This document shows, one piece after another, positions 61,402 through 64,000 of a DNA stretch of 64,000 nt (position 1 is its first letter; every line of letters starts with the position of its first letter). The stretch covers positions 64,001 through 128,000 of the forward strand of contig CAXXVK010000010.1 of assembly GCA_963676915.2 (NCBI GenBank), in the 5' to 3' direction. The notes under the pieces are model-generated. The model was not told the origin of the DNA, ran no database searches, and was given only the letters and a program-made list of their open reading frames with translations. Both the position numbers and the translations under genes were made by a program. The stretch comes from Myxococcota bacterium. GTDB taxonomy: Bacteria > Myxococcota_A > SURF-8 > G963663525.

Positions 61402-63135
61402 ATGGAGTTTGCCGAAAAGAGCGCCACGCAAAAAATTCTCGTTGCTATCGGCTTTGCGATGGTGTGTTTGTGGCTACTCGTTCCCTGTGTCGGAAACACC
61501 GCCGAAGAGGAACGAAGCACCGGTCCCGTTTTGACACCGAAAAGCGAAAAGAGCTTTCAACGTCTCGATGCACGTCTTGCCGAAACGCTGCCGGAAGGCT
61601 GGAGTACACTCCGTCTGAGCATCGAAAAAGACCGGGTGGTCATCCGTTTTTCCGGGCCGGGAACGTCGGAAGTCGTGGTTTCGTTGCTTCATCCGTCTCG
61701 CTACTGGCCTGGAGATCGATGGATCGGTGGGGATTCGGAGCGTCTTTTCGCGCTTCGTTGCGATTCGAAGCAAAAAGGTGCAAAAATCGTTCTCGATGCC
61801 TTGGAACGTGCCTTCGGTTCCTCCGAGCATCTGGAAGACTACTGGACGCAACGAGCCTCGGTGCAAAAATCCACTTTGGAGCAATCCGTGGGCGCTGCCA
61901 TCGAAAAGCTGTTGAATTCCGGGAATTTCGAGATAGCTGAGGATTTGATTCGCGCTCTGAGGTTTCAATCTCCCGAAAACGTCGAAGCTCTCGTTCTTGA
62001 TCTGCGACTTGGGATCGAACGCGGAGACGCCGATGTTGAAACCAAACTGCGGCAACTTCTCGAAAGGTTTGATGGGCAGGCAAAATCTTCCGTGCAGATG
62101 GAAAGCGTACGTTTGGCCCTGAAAAACGGAACGGTTCCCCTCGTGTCTTTGGAGGATGTCGCCCGAGGCTCAAGCGACGTTTGTCGTCCCTTGAGCCTTT
62201 TATCAACGTTGCAGCGTATCGAGGAGACGCAGGTTGCATCCCGTGTGCCGTTGTTGCTCGATGCTGCACGCGCCTATTCCGATTGCGAAGCCTTCGATCG
62301 TGCCTTGTCGAAGATCATGGTCGAAAGGAATTTGGGAAAAGAACTCGTTGAGCTGGCCCGGATTCGTTTGCAAAAAACACCCGAGTCCCCGGAGTGGCTC
62401 GTACGTCAGGCCACCGGCTATCGTTTGTTGAAGCAATTCGATAAAGCCTTGGAAGCTTATGAAAAGATTCAGAAAATCGACCCAGGACGGGACGACGTAA
62501 TCAGCGCTTACAGCACGGTGTGTGCTTCACATCCCGATCCTGACGCCGTGGATCGTCGTCTAGCGGCTCGCCTGAAAGCCGATCCGAACGACCGAATGGC
62601 GCGGCATGCCCAAGCGGTTTGTCATTACTACCGGCACGAATTCGAGCAGGTCATTCCTTTGACCGATCGTTTGGAAAAGGAAATGCCTGAAAATTCAAGG
62701 GTTTGGGTGTACGGGGGAATGTCCCGTTACGAGTTGGGCGATTCCAAGGGAGCGCGGGTGCGCATCGAGAGGCTCCCAAAACTGCCGAACATGGACAAAG
62801 ATTATTACTACTGCTCGGCGATTTTATCCCAACAACACGACCTGGGACGGGCGAAAACCATGTTGCGACGCTATATCGACGCTCCACATACCCCGCTGGA
62901 TCGTGCGGAAAAAATCGACTTCGCCCGCGATGCCCTTCGGCGGCTGGAGTCCGGGAAGATCGTGGAGGAATGGCTACCGCTCCGACAGCATGATATCGCC
63001 ATGAAAAGCCAGCACGGCGGACCGGATTCACCGACCGAAGGTGAGTCCTCCTGTCGATCGGCCCAGGGGCTTGCCGGATGGTTCGGCCTGATTCTCATCC
63101 TGGGTTTCGGGTGGCGACGGGCGCGGCATTCATGA
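61402..63135 (+). CDS. Secreted TPR-repeat protein with a C-terminal Cys-TM-Arg sorting signal
   Basis: N-terminal hydrophobic segment, TPR-like helices (FDKALEAYEKIQKIDP, LKADPND) and tail SSCRSAQGLAGWFGLILILGFGWRRARHS. Confidence 0.72.
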   Translation: MEFAEKSATQKILVAIGFAMVCLWLLVPCVGNTAEEERSTGPVLTPKSEKSFQRLDARLAETLPEGWSTLRLSIEKDRVVIRFSGPGTSEVVVSLLHPSRYWPGDRWIGGDSERLFALRCDSKQKGAKIVLDALERAFGSSEHLEDYWTQRASVQKSTLEQSVGAAIEKLLNSGNFEIAEDLIRALRFQSPENVEALVLDLRLGIERGDADVETKLRQLLERFDGQAKSSVQMESVRLALKNGTVPLVSLEDVARGSSDVCRPLSLLSTLQRIEETQVASRVPLLLDAARAYSDCEAFDRALSKIMVERNLGKELVELARIRLQKTPESPEWLVRQATGYRLLKQFDKALEAYEKIQKIDPGRDDVISAYSTVCASHPDPDAVDRRLAARLKADPNDRMARHAQAVCHYYRHEFEQVIPLTDRLEKEMPENSRVWVYGGMSRYELGDSKGARVRIERLPKLPNMDKDYYYCSAILSQQHDLGRAKTMLRRYIDAPHTPLDRAEKIDFARDALRRLESGKIVEEWLPLRQHDIAMKSQHGGPDSPTEGESSCRSAQGLAGWFGLILILGFGWRRARHS

Positions 63136-64000
63136 TCAGAATCGGGATCATTCTTCTGTTTCTCGTGGGATTTCCCACCTTTGGATATGGTTCCGACGCC
63201 GATCCGTGGCTAAACGCACTCAAACTAAAACCTGATGAAACTATAAATGATTTTACATTTATAGGTGGGGTCGCCCAAGATGGAGAGTTGTTGCTCGACT
63301 TTCGGGATGAAAGAAAAGGGCGCATCCGAATCGCCGTTTGCAACAAGGGGCGTTGTCCCTCCTTCCTCGATGCCGGAAATTTCACCTTGTATTTCAAAGG
63401 TCGGGAGACAACAGAAGCTCTCGAAACCTTGATGCACGACCTGGCCGCTCGCTTCGAACGAGCGTCGCCGCCTTCGATACCAGGCGAGACTCTATCGTCG
63501 GGTGGAGCGAAAAAGGGTGAACTTCCCCCACCGATGTCGCCTTTGATTTCGCCGCTGAAAGGAATCGACGACAACCAGTGGTTTTTCATCGAACGTTCGG
63601 AACTGCTGGTCTCGACGCTGTTTCTCGTCTTCGCCTTCGTTTTTTTCGGCCATCTGGGAAAGAGAATCCAAACCGATGTCGGCCGCCTGGATCGTCGGGT
63701 ACGGTGGATTTTCGTGCTGCTTCTGGTACTTGCCGCCGCCGTACGGTTGTTTGCCCCGTACAAACTGGTCATGGCCTATACCGGTTACCGGTTGATCCAG
63801 AACGCCTGGGAATTGCTGTACTGGAAATACGGGGCCGGTGGAGCGCTGCTGTACCATGTGTTTTTGCAATGGGCGGGACCGGAAGTCGAATCGTATGTTC
63901 TTCTCAATCGTTTGTTGGGATTGGGAACCGTGGCGCTTGCGTCGTTGTGGTTCGCTCGCTATTCTAGACTGAAATGGGCCGCGCCGGTCGCCGCGTTTTT
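63132..64000 (+). CDS. Membrane protein, 3' end outside the window; possible GT-C (PMT/ArnT-like) glycosyltransferase
   Basis: Manual translation is open from ATG 63132 (ATGA overlap) to the window end: signal peptide, soluble domain, then several TMs (LAAAVRLF...YGAGGALLYH...LLNRLLGLGTV). Confidence 0.6.
   Translation, partial: MIRIGIILLFLVGFPTFGYGSDADPWLNALKLKPDETINDFTFIGGVAQDGELLLDFRDERKGRIRIAVCNKGRCPSFLDAGNFTLYFKGRETTEALETLMHDLAARFERASPPSIPGETLSSGGAKKGELPPPMSPLISPLKGIDDNQWFFIERSELLVSTLFLVFAFVFFGHLGKRIQTDVGRLDRRVRWIFVLLLVLAAAVRLFAPYKLVMAYTGYRLIQNAWELLYWKYGAGGALLYHVFLQWAGPEVESYVLLNRLLGLGTVALASLWFARYSRLKWAAPVAAF

Overview
A bacterial core-genome window of moderate GC, probably from a deltaproteobacteria-like lineage (Myxococcota/Desulfobacterota-type; inferred from gene order, zinc-type S14/L24/S4, a diverged str-operon EF-G and a MYXO-CTERM-like tail). 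From left to right: the 3' end of a flagellin; ribE-ribBA; a tRNA Thr-Tyr-Gly-Thr cluster with tuf-rpmG-tRNA-Trp-secE-nusG-rplKAJL-rpoBC; the complete str/S10/spc/alpha superoperon (to rplQ at 38461); then DUF819, a SPOR protein, gap-pgk, a penicillin-acylase-family lipoprotein, a minus-strand block (ftsE-ftsX-envC-hypothetical; ECF sigma/anti-sigma; CHASE2 cyclase-folC-AMIN protein) and several envelope genes. No CRISPR array, phage or transposase gene was seen. The notable signals are: (1) an expanded translation apparatus, with L10 carrying four L12-dimer-binding segments, an about 60-aa insertion in L18, tails on L30/L15/NusG and an EF-G lacking the domain IV translocation motifs; (2) three kinds of small non-autonomous palindromic elements, including a TIR/TSD-bounded MITE that encloses a perfect GTAG REP doublet; (3) three +1 homopolymer insertions in the first 4.6 kb (ribBA, tRNA-Thr, tuf) that are probably sequencing errors. 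All calls were made by eye without database searches.
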